Source of the DNA: Hydrolagus affinis
Lineage: Eukaryota
Assembly (NCBI GenBank): GCA_012026655.1
Contig: JAAILG010001139.1
Location: 1-64,000 of the forward strand
DNA: 64,000 bases
Direction: 5' to 3'
The notes beneath the pieces were generated by a model, which made no database searches, was not told where the DNA came from, and saw only the letters and a program-made list of their open reading frames with translations. The position numbers were made by a program, and so were the translations under genes. Shown here piece by piece: positions 15,300-28,253 of the stretch (position 1 is its first letter; every line of letters starts with the position of its first letter).

Positions 15300-15655
15300 T
15301 AGTGGTTAGTGCACTCGCCTCGCAAGCGAGAGGACGTGGCTTTGATTCCCAACAGGGCAGAAACGTTGGGCACGTTTCCTTACTCCACATGCCTCTGTAT
15401 GCTTAGCAGTAAATAGGAAGCCGGTTGTTAGTCGATTGGCAGATCGCTTTTCCAGGGGGGGTAATAATCCCTTAAAAAATAACAATGATAATTTGGTCAC
15501 CCAATCCATGACTGTTTATGGGACACTGCTGTGCGCAATTGGTGGTTGCGTTTTGCCCACAAAATTTACAGTCAATTCACTTTACAGTATATTTCATGAA
15601 GTGCTTTGAGACGTCTCAGCGATGTGAGACCCTATATCAAATGTAAGGATTATTA
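15300..15655 (+). mobile_element. tRNA-derived SINE, long variant with extra central segment
   Basis: Head AGTGGTTAGTGCACTCGCC; central GCCTCTGTATGCTTAGCAGTAAATAGG...GATTGGCAGATCG segment also in 44508-44892; L2-type tail. Confidence 0.85.
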
Positions 15656-15802
<147 letters not shown>

Positions 15803-16119
15803 TCACAACACAGGGAGAAAAGAAATCGCATAGGTTTTACTGGTGGTTTCTCGGTTCCTCGGAAGAGAATAAAAGACTGAATTAATCTCTTTCTCTCCCC
15901 CCGGCCCACCCGCCCCCTTCCTTTCCCATGTAATGTTTACATGTCTGACCGTTGCAGTGCTGCACTGATTTATAATAACTTTTTAACAGAAAAACGAGGT
16001 GCACAGAAAGGCTGAAGCTGAAAGGAAATTTGACAGTGGAGACTCCACTAGGATTGACAAAAGAGGTGAAACAAAGCAGTCAGTGTGGGAGCCATAAAGA
16101 CGTCAGCGTGGAATTAGAA

Positions 16120-16500
16120 AGCCACAAATTATGCTTCACAAATCTAATGGAATTCTTAGAGGAGGTAACTAAACTCGTGGACAAGGACTATATGGTGGAT
16201 ATAATTTACTTAGGTTTTCAGAGGGCAGTTGATAAACTACACAAAAAACCTTAATAACAGGGTAAGGCTCTTAGAATGAATAGCAAGTTAGCTTGAGGAT
16301 TGATGATAAATGGGGAGTGCTTGGATGCAAGGCATTGTTTTGTTTGTTATGTTCTGGGTTTTTTTTACTGTTCCAATAATTTATGTATGATTTTGAGGGG
16401 AAGTACCTCTAATGTGTAAAGATAGAAAGATGTTACTATGTCACTTAGTGACAAATATAAGACAGATAAATGGCAATGAATACATTTTAGCAGAGGAACA
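16120..16500 (+). mobile_element. Degenerate CR1 RT fragment
   Basis: CFTNLMEFLEEVTKLVDKDYMVDIIYLGFQRAVDK. Confidence 0.8.
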
Positions 16501-17260
16501 TAGAATTTTTTTGTATAGAAATGTAAGGTCATTAATCCATTGGGTCAGTTGGTAAACACACTACCCAGGACCAAGCAAGATTTTGCCCCTTGATCTACAC
16601 TGAGTTAGATAACCTCAACCAGGATACTGCCCATCAATAGGCTTCAGTAATCCCAAACTAGAGTGGACAGCAATAAACTTCCCAGTCCCGTTGTTACTGA
16701 ACACCTGCTGGAAACTAAGTGTATGTAGACATTCACTGGTAACTTTCAATGAATGGTAACTAGTGATAGACAAAAATTCCCTCTGTTTCCTGTGAACACA
16801 CAAGTCACCCCCTTCATTCTACACATATTTACTGTCTCCTACTTTAACAGGCATTGATTTGGTTTTAAAGAATATTACCTCCCTTCTCATCTAAAGATGC
16901 CATTTATGCTGAAGTACCATTCTTATAGGCCTATCCCACTCAAGTAACCAGTGGGGTAGGTCTATAGAATGGTGCTTGTGTGATTGGACTCATGGGAGCA
17001 AACAAACTATTCCACAGTGAGCAACCATAGCCGTTCCCACTTTCCATTAACAGCCATGGATCAGCACTTTAAACCCTGTCCGATTATGCCCTCTCTCATT
17101 GAGACACTTACTTTTCTCCTACATGAATGAATCATAGAATTTTACGGCACAAAAGGAAGCCATTTGGCCCATCTTGTCTGTGCCACTGCCACTGCCCAGC
17201 TCTCTCCCCATAACCTAACAGACCTGGTCTTGAAATCCTTGTCCTCCCACTTTCACTTAC

Positions 17261-17441
17261 CCCCATAATCTTCGCACTACACTTGGCACAATTTGGAGCA
17301 AAGAACTGCGCGTAGCATCCTTCACAATAAATGCTGTTTTGCTCTTCTGCAAATCCAGTGTCAGCCAATGAGGTTTTACAGTAAGCACAATTAAACTCCT
17401 CCGGGTGCCAGGAGCGGCCCAAGGCCACAAGGAAAGGACCT
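17261..17441 (-). CDS. LDB3: LDB3 exon 13 (LIM1 and start of LIM2)
   Basis: cttgtctccag|AGGTCC...ATGGGG|gtaagt; 181 nt, phase 2-0; [60 protein letters not shown]. Confidence 0.98.
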
Positions 17442-17756
17442 CTGGAGACAAGAAGCGAAAAGAGGATAAAGTCAATATGTGTCAAAAATGCTCAACATTG
17501 TCCATACATTATCACATTCTTAAGGCGTCTTCACAAGATTTTGTTTACATTCAAGTGTAACGACTGCATATTTGTAACAGACAGATGGGGCTTCAGGGTT
17601 AACACCTCATCTGAAGGATGGTACACAATGCATAAGTGTGCGTGGTGGCCTCTGGACCTGCTGGATGAGTCTGACTCAGAGCTGACACATTCCAATTGTC
17701 TAATTAATCACATCTGATTTGCCACAATCTTGACCGTTTGATCACAGAACTACACT

Positions 17757-17910
17757 GACCAGGGGAGAAGAGAGTGCGCGTTCCACTCCAACAATCGTAT
17801 CTCTGAAATTTCCATGTTTAGGTGGGATGTGTGGAATTCTCAGCTGGGTTTGGATACTCTTAAGCGCGGTGATGGGTTTCCACTTGCGTCAGACACCCGG
17901 CTGACCTCCA
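17757..17910 (+). repeat. Unclassified dispersed repeat (copies also at about 20900-21040 minus, 23035-23205, 38056-38151, 42320-42478, 50220-50320, 51555-51630)
   Basis: Shared core TTCCATGTGTAGGTGGGATG..GGAATTCTCAG..GGTTTGGATACTCTTAAGCATGGTGATGGGTTTC..GTCAGACACCCGGCTGACC. Confidence 0.8.
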
Positions 17911-18075
17911 AAAAAAGACACTGACTACCAGCTTGGCATCTCGCCTTTGTTTAGCTTATCTTCAGGTGGGGAAGGTGTATAGCAAGGTACGTGTCTGGAA
18001 CTAAAGCAGTTCAGTTGTTTTTTTTCCCAATCACTCAAAGCCGAGTGATGATAATGATAGAGAAAGGGTCCTTAC

Positions 18076-18436
18076 CTGATAATACCATTACACTGTCCAC
18101 AAAGAGCAGTCCTGCTGCTGGCAGGGAATCGCTCAGCTCTTTGAATAATATTGCGAACACCTCCAGGACTCTGCCCTGGCATAGGAGCATGTGGGGGACC
18201 CTGGGCGGGTACCTGGGGCACGATTGGTGCTTTTGGTGGTGCTGAATGTGGCAAAGGTTGAACATGTTTAGTGAGGGCCGTCGTGCTTTTGCCAGGCTGG
18301 AACTTCTGTGCAAAGCTGTCGTCGGTTATCCATGGAGGTCGATTAGAGGACGCAGGGGCAGCAGCCTGCATTGCCGGGGCCGGAGCTGATGCTGGCTGAG
18401 GAACACTGAATGTAACAGTGCTGCTATGCATAGGCT
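18076..18436 (-). CDS. LDB3: LDB3 exon 12 (linker and start of LIM1)
   Basis: taatgtttttcag|AGCCTATG...ATTATCAG|gtaagg; 361 nt, phase 1-2; [21 protein letters not shown]...[22 protein letters not shown]. Confidence 0.97.
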
Positions 18437-18549
18437 CTGAAAAACATTAAAGGAAAATTACAGAGCAGCAGTGACCTTAGAGTTTTATCTCTTACCAACA
18501 TGGTAAAAGATTATTCCAGAAACAAAGAGGACATAAAATCAAGCTTCCA

Positions 18550-18965
18550 TTCACGGCCTTGCCCCCGCCCATCTCTCTGACCTACTGTCTCCCTATCAGC
18601 CCGCCCGTCCCCTCTGTTCAGCAGACTCAGGCCTGCTTTGTGTCCACCGCCCTAACGCGCAACCATCGGCGGCCGGGCTTTCAGCCTCTCTGCTCCCACA
18701 CTGTGGAACTCCATCCCGCAGCCCCTCCACCTTGCTTCCTCCCTTTCCACCTTAAAGGCCGGACTTAAGACGCTCCTCTTCGACCGCGCCTTCGGCTGCC
18801 CCATTAACGCTGCCCCATTAACTCTCCCCCTTCTCCCACTCTCCTTCCCCTTCCCCCTACCCTCCCCCCAACCCCCTGCTCCGGTCCCGACCTGACTGTT
18901 CAGCACTTTGGGACGTCCTCCCGACATGAAAGGAGCTATATAAGTGCAATTTTATTGTTGTTGTT
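18550..18965 (+). mobile_element. L2 3' end, GC/CpG-rich (relatively young)
   Basis: CACTGTGGAACTCCATCCC..., tail CAGCACTTTGGGACGTCCTCCCGACATGAAAGGAGCTATATAAGTGCAA(TTG)n. Confidence 0.85.
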
Positions 18966-19135
18966 GAGTGCTTTTCATGTCTTCTAGACGTCTCAAAGCG
19001 CTTCACGGAATATACTGTAAAGTGAATTGACTTTACAATTTGTGGGCGAAACGCGGCGGCCAATTGTGCACAGCACTGTCCCACAAACAGTCATGGATTG
19101 AAATGACCAATTTTTGTGGGGGAGGGATTATTATT
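18966..19135 (-). mobile_element. SINE 3' half, tail-to-tail with the preceding L2
   Basis: Same body as 27785-28100. Confidence 0.8.
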
Positions 19136-19404
19136 TGGATGGTAGGAAGGTAACCAATGGTCTGTTCAAAGAGGAAGCTCTTGCAACGTGCTTGAAGGTG
19201 ACAAAGGAGGGGACAAGGCAAAGGGACTGTTGGATGGAGTTCCACAGTGCAAAAAGCCTGAATACTCGAATGAATGGCTGCAGCTTTCATGTTAGGAGGA
19301 TGTTCCAAAACACTAGACGGGATTGGCTGGGCACCTGTGCTGCGAGTTGATGTGGGGTGTTTGGGGGCGGGGTGGGGGTGTGGGTTACGATGGCAGAAGG
19401 TATG

Positions 19405-19710
19405 TTAATATCCTCTTGCATTTCATATACAGTACAGTAGTGTGTTTCAGGTTGGGAGGACATCTCAAAGTACTTCACATAACATGGTTGTAAAGTATGT
19501 TAATGGCTCTGTATTTTATATGCCCAAGTGGCAGCCAATTTGATTACAGCAATGTCCCACAAACAACCATAAAACTAATGAGCAATTTTATCCGGTGGAT
19601 TGTTGGCTGGGACAGCATGAGAAACTCCCTACTCTTTTTGAATCGTCCTCTGGGATCTTTAACATCCACCTGAGCAGGCAGATAGGACCTCGGTTTAACG
19701 TCTCATCCAG
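19405..19710 (-). mobile_element. DeuSINE (SacSINE1/AmnSINE1-like) relic
   Basis: GGGATCTTTAACATCCACCTGAGCAGGCAGATAGGACCTCGGTTTAACGTCTCATCC matches the Deu domain in reverse; L2-type tail. Other fragments at about 17585-17625 and 63050-63170. Confidence 0.75.
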
Positions 19711-21441
19711 AACACATACTGGATTTAAACAAGTGTTTGCATAAAAGCAGGACGAACATGTCACAGCGCTTCCATTTACACTAACTCCAAAATATTTACC
19801 AGGTGCCCTTTAACTGACACACATGCTGTCAGTGGTTAGCATTTGAAAACAGGAACCTTGGCAGACACCAAAACAATTGTAGCATCCCTACTGCAGCCAC
19901 CGTGGGATTCAGTTAACTCAGTACAGATTGTCATTGAAACTGCTATCTCCCTGTCTGTGGGGCAAAAATTCCATCGAACATTGCGTATGTAGTCTTTGGT
20001 GATGGGTGACCGTTAATGGGAATACCTCCCACCCCCTGCCCACCACTCACCCCTGCCCACCAGTGCTCTGCCACTGTAAAGTGCTACCCTGTGTGATGGG
20101 CGCTATTATAAATGCTCGTTGTTATTATTGTTTCTCATCGTAGATGTGGCACTGAACAGAATATTAGCCTTGTACATCTTAACTTATTTACTGGGTAAAA
20201 CTTACTGATTTGTCAGGATTTTTAAAGTCATTAAATCCGGCAAAGATTACCAGGCGACGGTTAACAATCAGGAACCACAGTGTATGGCCAGGGTTGGTTG
20301 GGGCTGTGAGCAGTTTGGGGCTGTGGACAATGGGCCAGTATGATTGAAAGACATGGCTCTTGGGTGCCATCATCTGGCCACATTATGATTCTTTGCTTTA
20401 CACTTACATTTAATTCCACAACACATTTTCCAAATCTGCATCATGCATCCATATAAATTTGTTTTAATGTAAAAATATATATATCTTTGAAATTATTAAT
20501 TAAAATAATTGTTTGTACCTTGTCCCTAAGGTAATTTAGACACAAATATATCAAATCCCAGCTTTCCGCAAGTGTAACTCTCAGTGCCAACTTCTACATT
20601 GGCAAAACTGAAGCTTTCCTGCTTGGCCACCGCCAGCGCCTCCCCACCTCAGGCACTGACTGCATTGGGTACTATCATTCATTCTTATTCATGGAGCTTG
20701 GCATTTTATTTGACCTTCAACCTGCCTTCAAAATTTTCATCCAGGCTCTGACCAAGTTCGCTTTCTTTCATCTGCAAAATTTCCCAACTTCTGCTGCTCC
20801 CTCACCCTGCAAATCACTCGCAACCCTCACCCATGTCACCTCCAGACTTGATTCTTCCAATTTTCTGCTTATCAGTTTGCCCAACTCTTTTTTTGTGTGC
20901 AGTGGGTGTGATTAACAACGAGCACATGCGGAAACCCTTCACCATGTTCGAGTATCCAAACCAAACTGAGAATTCCACACATCTCGCCTACACATGGAAA
21001 TTCCGAAGCTATTTATTGGAGTGGAATGCATGGAGAACACATCCAAATCCATCCTCCACCAGCTCCATGTCATTCAGAGCCCTGCAGTCCATGCTTTCAA
21101 ACATCTTCTGTTAACAAGTTTTCTAAACTGGCTATGAAAACCTAACTACACAAACAGTCAGAGATGCAATGATACAATTTATAAGAGTCTCAGTAACAAC
21201 TTAAACAATGAGCTACAACACCCCATTGAGAAACCCCTCAGCCTTTACATGGATCCCCCAGCTAACCCCTTCCCTCTCCATTATTAAGGACAAGGACTGG
21301 TTTAATGCTTCACTCGCAAAATACACAGTCGATCCACTTTAAAGTATATTCTGTAAAGTGCTTTGAGAGGTCTCTGAGATGTGATAAGGTGCAGTTACAA
21401 ATGCAAGGTTATTATATTATTATTATTAATGCTCTTATTAC

Positions 21442-21593
21442 CTGCAATTGGCTGGTAGGCTGCAGGCCTGATGCTTGCTGTGCTGACAACCTTTGGTGTG
21501 GGAGAAGGGGCAGCAGCCGGCCCAAGGTAAGAAGCTGAAGGCGGAAGCTGTGGTGGGCTTGTCATGGTGGCGCCGCTGCTGGCAAAGCCTTCA
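21442..21593 (-). CDS. LDB3: LDB3 exon 11
   Basis: ttaattttcccag|TGAAGG...ATTGCAG|gtaata; 152 nt, phase 2-1; ...PTPKVVSTASIRPAAYQPIA matches mammalian PKPRVVTTASIRPSVYQPV. Confidence 0.95.
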
Positions 21594-22079
21594 CTGGGAA
21601 AATTAACAAAGAGCAAGTTTGTAAATAAATGGGATTAAGTGATTAGCCTTGAAATGGAATGCTACAGGCAAGATCCTTAAATACACGTGGGTTGGAAAAT
21701 ATGCACATCTCCGAGGAATAGTGTTGACGTCTGTGGCGTCTGACTTCACAGTCCTCGAAACAACAAAGACATGAATGTCACAGATGTTCACCAAGTGGGC
21801 AGGTGTTCTATCTCATGAGCAATTGTATCAATACATCAAAATGCTTTTGTAGAACTATCGTGAGTTGAATAGTCTTCCTAAAAGCAGCAATATATAATCC
21901 ACTGTAGCAGCAGCAGAAATAAATCATGATCAATATTTGCCTTTTAAATGCTTCATTGGCAGTAAGAAAAGTCCAGTATTCCTTCCTCACTGGTCTAATC
22001 TGAAGCTTTCAGATAGAATTCATTTGTACTCCCTTTTAAGTAGTAACTAGTATCATTTCTATCTTTGGGTCAGAGATTT

Positions 22080-22340
22080 CAAGATGCAGACTAGTATTCG
22101 AGCTAGGCTGACAGTACTGATACAGCTGGTGCTTTGTTGGAGATGCTGTTTTCGTAATGAGACTTTAACTGATGGCTCAGGTGGATATTGAAACTACAAG
22201 ATGCCATTTAAAAAGAAGAACTGGGAGTTCTCTGATATCCTGGCCAATGCTATCCCTCATCCAGTTATTGAAAGAAATATTTGATCATTCACTTATTCAC
22301 TGTGAGATATGATATCAATTTTCTAAATTTTGCGTTAGAT
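22080..22340 (+). mobile_element. DeuSINE relic, forward orientation
   Basis: GGAGATGCTGTTTTCGTAATGAGACTTTAAC...CTCAGGTGGATATT...GGGAGTTCTCTGATATCCTGGCCAA. Confidence 0.65.
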
Positions 22341-23984
22341 TTCCTACACCAGTTCTGAGGCAAAGGTGAGACTGCATTTGTCGGTTTTAGCCAGCGAGTA
22401 AGCTTTGGCATGGCTGGACAATTAAACCTTCTCCTCTGCATCCAAATGGAGTTCACTACAAGGTTGCTGTTTATATAAATAATAATCTTTGTATTTGATA
22501 TAGCGACTTTCACATCAGAAGGATGTCTCGAAGTGCTTCGCAATAAAGTGTTGTGACTATATTTTGCAGTTGAACAAAGGTAAACGAGTGAGAATGCAGT
22601 CATTCTGGTATCAAGGCAGACGTTTCTGAGTGTCAGTTAAGATTTACTAGACACTAGTTGTTCAAGTCAAACCATCACTATTGAGACCCTACTGGGTGCC
22701 TGGTTGGAACTGAATGATTTATTCCTGCTTGTTGGGAAGACTGGGACTTGATCCACTCTGAAAACAATGTTAAGACTTTATTGTTTAATTATGGAGATGT
22801 GCACAGCTTAAAGCTCAACCTTCATTAAAGTTAGAAAGCAAAATGCATTGAGGACAGGACAAGCCTTAAAAAGATAAGCAGCAGGAAATGATGATTTTTC
22901 TTTCTAAAAAAATCCTTTAAAAAAAGGAGTCAGAACCAAAATATTTGATTAGTTGCTTTCCCTCAAGCAGCATGAACTAAACACTCTTGAGATGGAAGAT
23001 GGAAACATTTATATAACAAAAGGCTGCTGAGTGCCAAGTGTAGATGGGAAGCATGGAATTTCACGTCAGGACGGCCTCCCAACATGAACGGTGCTCTAAC
23101 AAATGTAATTTTGTTGTTGTTGATGATGGAATTCTCAGTTTGGTTTGGATACTCTTAAGAATAGTGATGGGTTTCTGCACACATCAGACACACTCGTCTG
23201 ACCAAATATATCACCTTAGTGTTTAAAACATTTTGTTGCTTTTCAGACCAGAGTCCAGTGCACATTATGATTTTGTCTCCTTCCACATTTGCGTTGGACT
23301 TTCACATTTCCACATCCTTCACTATCCCTACAGTTGGGTAAGGTGGGAGCCAATAAGACTATTTCAGCACACAGAATGGAGAGCTATCTCTTCTCAGCTA
23401 TGCCATGTCTGCATAATAACTATCAGGACTGTAGAGCTTTTCTCTCATCTAGTATTTTATAAGTGCCAACATGCTTTTTTTTATTGCCAAAGGAGTTTCT
23501 GATCAAAATCAACTCAATCAGGTTAAAATCAAGCCTACCAATCACACGAGCTGTTGACAGGACAAACTGTGCCCTTATCTTGAGGATTTGTTAAGAGGGC
23601 AACAAGATGTACATGAATATTTTACAGTTATTTCATTTGGGAAGGAATTAGAATCTTTTTAGAGCCGAACAGACTGGAGGCAGGGAGTGAGGAGCAGCAA
23701 GAATGGATGCTTGGCAAAAGGAGAATAGGAAGATCGGGGAGAGGATGTGATGGTGGGAGGGGTGGGGTGGGTGATGGGTGAGAACACTGTTGAGCGAACA
23801 GCAAACAGGAACACCACTTAGAAATTGCAACATACGATTTAAATTGAGATTTTAGATGGGAGGAGTGAATAATTTTTAAAAGGATGTGAATACATACTGA
23901 CTGGTTAATATAGCAGAGCCACACTATTCAGAGCATTAGTGTTAAGTATCTCTTGTGATTCAGTGACAGAGCTCAATCAGATAC

Positions 23985-24056
23985 CTAATATTTGCAGTAT
24001 ATGCTGACTGAGACTGGTAGTTGAAAGAAGATGATGTCTTCTGCTGCCAGTTATAG
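23985..24056 (-). CDS. LDB3: Predicted LDB3 cassette exon, 72 nt (S-YNWQQKTSSSFNYQSQSAYTANI)
   Basis: ttttgtctccttttag|CTATAAC...AATATTAG|gtatct; phase 2-2, open. Confidence 0.7.
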
Positions 24057-26369
24057 CTAAAAGGAGACAAAATACATTGAACAACAAAGCAAGAATAGAC
24101 CCGCCACCCCACCTCTCTCTCCCATCACAATACAAGACTGGAGGGAGGTTTCTCCCTTGTGATGTTAAATGTCCACTCAATTTCTTTCATGCAGTATATT
24201 CAAACGTCAGAGAGCACTGCAGTAACTCACCCATTCACAGACCAAACCATTCCCGGCCAGGGGATTTTAAATGCAAATACCACCTTGTACAGCTCCCTCG
24301 GATTTCCGTCCATTCCAAATGTTATAACCAGCCAGATTTCAATAAGCGGTCAGTCAATCTGCACTGAAGTCAAGGAGTAATATTCTACTCGATTATGCTG
24401 TGTAATAACTTTTTTATATTTCAGTTTGAATTTTTTTTTAACATTTCCTATCCTTCCCCACCAATTTTCTCCTCATTTCATGAAGCTATTCACTTCTCCA
24501 GTCACTGGCCCAGTAGCAAATCAAGAGGGGAACATTTATTTAATCCCCTTCTTAACCAAAGGTACTCGAACACACTGTAGCATCCTTACTACTGCCTAAA
24601 ACCAAAGGGTTTTATTTGCTTTCCATGGCTCTAGATCTCCAGAAATGAACGTAGATGTCCCGATACCAGGAAGTTGTGCCTGTTTTGGGGTGAGCGTTTC
24701 TGATCAAAATGAACTCGATTAGGTTAAAATTAAGACTACAATACACTGTGAACAGGGTAAAAACAATGCAAAGTTGGATTAAAGGAGAAAGCAGTAAAGA
24801 TACTTACAGAAAACGTGGCGATTGAAAAGCAATGAAGCAGCGTTATTACCTTCTCAGATTGACAAGAAGAATACATATACTGTACATATTACCTTATCAA
24901 AGTTGATGAGACCCCATTACTGCACCTCGGACCCGTTGAGGACTTTCAACTCTTCAACTCCATTTATTTCAGCACTTTTGAAAATAATGTCTTAAACCAA
25001 GGAACGCATTCTTTGCACTTCCAGTGTATACAGAGAGGATAGCACACAGTCAGTAGGACTTGGCTCTGGAGCCGAATTTAAGTTCATTATGTCAGGTTAC
25101 CCTTTCAGTTCTCAGCATTGAAATCACACCTTGAATGAAAAGTGTAGAAAAGAACTGGACCTGGAATATTTCCTTCCTATTACTCTATGATCAATGCGAG
25201 CAAATAGACTCCAGACTCAGATCACAAACGGTTAGTCTGTTGAATTTCAGGTCTCAATGCTCCCTTTTCTACAAACACCTTCACTGGGGCCACAGTATAT
25301 GTTTGACATTTCACTTTTTCTATCCTCTATTCAGATAAGTGTTTGTTACGCACATTGGTAAGGACTACAGTGTTTAATCGATAGTTTGTGCACTCTCATC
25401 CACTGGGAACGGAGTGAAACTATCATCTGGTTTGTAGTTCAATCCATATCTCCAAATGTGAAAGACACCATTCAATACCCATTCCCAGAAAAGGGATCCT
25501 CAATATCTCTGTCCATGGATGATTTTGAACAAAAAAACCTTACTCTACGTCACAATGATGCAAAGCCCATTGGAGAAGAGACACTCATTCACTCTGTCTG
25601 CCTGAAATTTAGGATTGATATGATGTCCCACTACACTACCTAAAAGTGAGATAGATCATCAACTTGATCCTGTCGGACTGACTTGAAACTCAAACCAACG
25701 TTACCCTTTCAAAAATATCTGGCAAAAGCAAGCGACTTTGGTATACTTTGGTAAAAAAAAAGCACAAAATAAGGACGTTGTATAATAAACTACAATTAGA
25801 TTCGGCACAGATTACTATGAAAAAGTATTTGGAAAAACAATTAGTGGTACTGAGGATTAAGCAATTCGATTACGAGCATAAAAATGTTATGCTAACACAG
25901 AAAAATACAAAACCTTCCCAGCGTGGGAGATTACTGACTCGATGGTTTAGGGATTACATATGAAAATTAGGCACAGGAGTTATGGAATTGCTGTCACACT
26001 GTCCACATGGAGAGAGGATGGAGATATAAACCTTTCTAAAGTTGTGAATGTAGCACCCTGAAATAAATCTCCAAATAAAGAATTATTGAAATCTTCAAAT
26101 GAAACCCTGCATACCTAGCAATGAAGGATCTTAGAATGTGTTACGATTTACAGGTAAACTGTGTTGCAGATATATGGATTAATATTCAAAACCCTGACAG
26201 GAAGATTAGGCCATTGTAAAGTATTGTGTGGTACTGTGTAGTGACCCTCAAATCCTCCTGCCATATTTTACTATCGGGATTCCTTTCCCAAGCCTCAGCC
26301 TGTCTGTCCTGTCCCCTGTTTCAGGGCCCACTTTGGGGGTTGAATAGTACCTGTCAAAATTCACAATAC

Positions 26370-26474
26370 GTCAGAAGCCACTCCTGTTCAGCCCGTGTTC
26401 CGTACAGAGGACGGCACGGAGAGATGAGTGGATTAAACAAGCTGTGTGCAGTTGTGGTGCTCAGAACACTTGGA
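26370..26474 (-). CDS. Possible LDB3 cassette exon, 105 nt (S-PSVLSTTTAHSLFNPLISPCRPLYGTRAEQEWLL)
   Basis: ttctgactcccttcag|TCCAAG...CTTCTGAC|gtattg; phase 2-2 and open only with the weak donor; the better donor CAG|gtacta 19 nt further on includes a TGA. Confidence 0.4.
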
Positions 26475-27009
26475 CTGAAGGGAGTCAGAATTACACAAAG
26501 GAATTGCTAAGGAAAGGAGGGCTATGTACGCATTTTCTCTCCTATTTTTCATTCCCTTGGCTCCTTGTACCATCTACCTGTCTACCCAAGAGAATGGACC
26601 AAAGTTGCCTCAATACTTGGGGACAGGTGGAAGTAGTTCTTCAGTCATATTTGGAGGAATCTGACACTGGATCATTCAAGGATCTTTGGTTGCAGATTGA
26701 GCACTGAAAAGTAGCATGGAAGCTTTAGTAGCCACTTGTTGTTGAGAATGAGTAGCCGATACGTTCTGTATTTTCCTTTTAAATATGTACACAGGGTGAA
26801 TATAGCATTTTAAAAACAAGGGCATGAAGTTAGTCTACGGTGGCTTTTGAAAGTGGTCTTCAGTGCCCGGCATCATGGAGTATACATTTTGTATACTCTA
26901 TACTCTGCAGTATCATTCACAGCACATCCTTGAAAGATTGGCAACTCCTACTTCTAGAGAACATAGCAGACAATGGTACTGTATAGTTATAACAACCATC
27001 TAATTGTAA

Positions 27010-27420
27010 AATGGACAAGGAGGAGGCTGGACCCAGTAGAGCAGAGGCAGTGGGTAATGCTGTGAGGAGAGAAGAGGTTAGAGAAGTAGGGTGGGGGGTT
27101 CATGAGTAGAGGGATTCAAACACAAGAGTGAGGATCTTGAAGTCGACCTGCTCTGTGACAGGAAGCCAATGCAGTTTGGGAAGGATTGGGGAAATCGGGA
27201 AAAGTTTGGTGCAGATGAGAATGTGGACGGCGGAGTTTCGGATGAGCTGAATTCTGTGAATGGTGGAGGAGAATAGACCAACAAGGAGGATATTAGAGTA
27301 GTCCAGCTGAGGCTTGGACCAAAGTTTTGGCAGGTTTTGGGGTGAGCTATTGACAGAGATGGGCAATGTGGCAGAGGTGGACGAATGCAGTACTGGTGAG
27401 GGACCAAATGTGGGGGAGGA
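27010..27420 (-). mobile_element. L2 ORF2 C-terminal fragment
   Basis: LDYSNILLVGL...IQLIRNSAVHIL...ISPILPKLHWLPVTEQVDFKILTLVF. Confidence 0.88.
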
Positions 27421-27784
27421 AGGATAACTGGGGAAGGATAATAATCTTTGCATTTAGTACAGTGCCTTATCAAGCTATGAAGATGTCTCAAAGCGCTTCA
27501 TGGGATTTACTGTGAAACTGTGTGACTGTGTATTTGCAGGCAAAAAAGGACTCATGAGGGTGGGTCAACCTAAATTTCTCTTCCACATGTCCCATGGTTG
27601 GGTAAGGAGGATGAGCTAGCCATATAATGCTCCCTTTAGTGGGAAATTGGCTCTTGATATATATATATGTATATATCTGTAAGTTTAATTAAATATAGGA
27701 TCCCTCCCACCAAATATGTCCTCATTGCACAGACTTGAAATATATCTGCAACACCTCAGTTCACATACATGTGGTTTTACTGTG

Positions 27785-28100
27785 TAATAATAATAATAAT
27801 AATCCTTGCATTTGATGCAGCATTTTTCACGTCTTCTAGACGTCTCAAAGTGCTTCACAGAATATACTGTCAAGCGAATTGTCTGTATATTTGTGGCAAA
27901 GTGCGGCAGCCAATTATGGACAGCAGTGTCCCACAAATAGTCATGGATTGAAATGACCAATTGATTACTGTTTTTCGAGGAATTATTATCAGGCGTGTAG
28001 AGTAAGAAAACTCTCCACCCAAGGTTTCACCCGCCTGGAATTGAACACAGGTCTCTCGCTTGCAAGGTGAGTGCTCTAACCACTGAGCTACAGGACTCCA
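27785..28100 (-). mobile_element. tRNA-head/L2-tail SINE, full length (3' fragments also at about 21310-21430 plus, and 28520-28690, 28885-28990, 37355-37460, 60530-60725 minus)
   Basis: GGAGTCCTGTAGCTCAGTGGTTAGAGCAC head to (TTA)n tail. Confidence 0.92.
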
Positions 28101-28253
28101 CAATATATATGCCACATATCGTACATGTTTTTAAAATAGTGATATATTTCTAGGGTTGCCTGTTCATTTAGAAATTCAGGTTTATCCGTATGTGTTCTGC
28201 ACATGTGGGTATGTGTGGCTGGCAGGGTTAGTTTTTAAATCGAACTGCGGTAC

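Noticed and set aside
23628-23833. Pro/Ser/His-rich minus-strand frames, including SPRSSYSP resembling mammalian SSYSP
   Set aside because: No acceptor/donor pair gives the required phase; explained by a low-complexity pyrimidine tract
28030-28100. tRNA-like sequence with A and B boxes (also about 190-255, 1425-1490, 2345-2408)
   Set aside because: These are SINE heads continuous with SINE bodies, not tRNA genes
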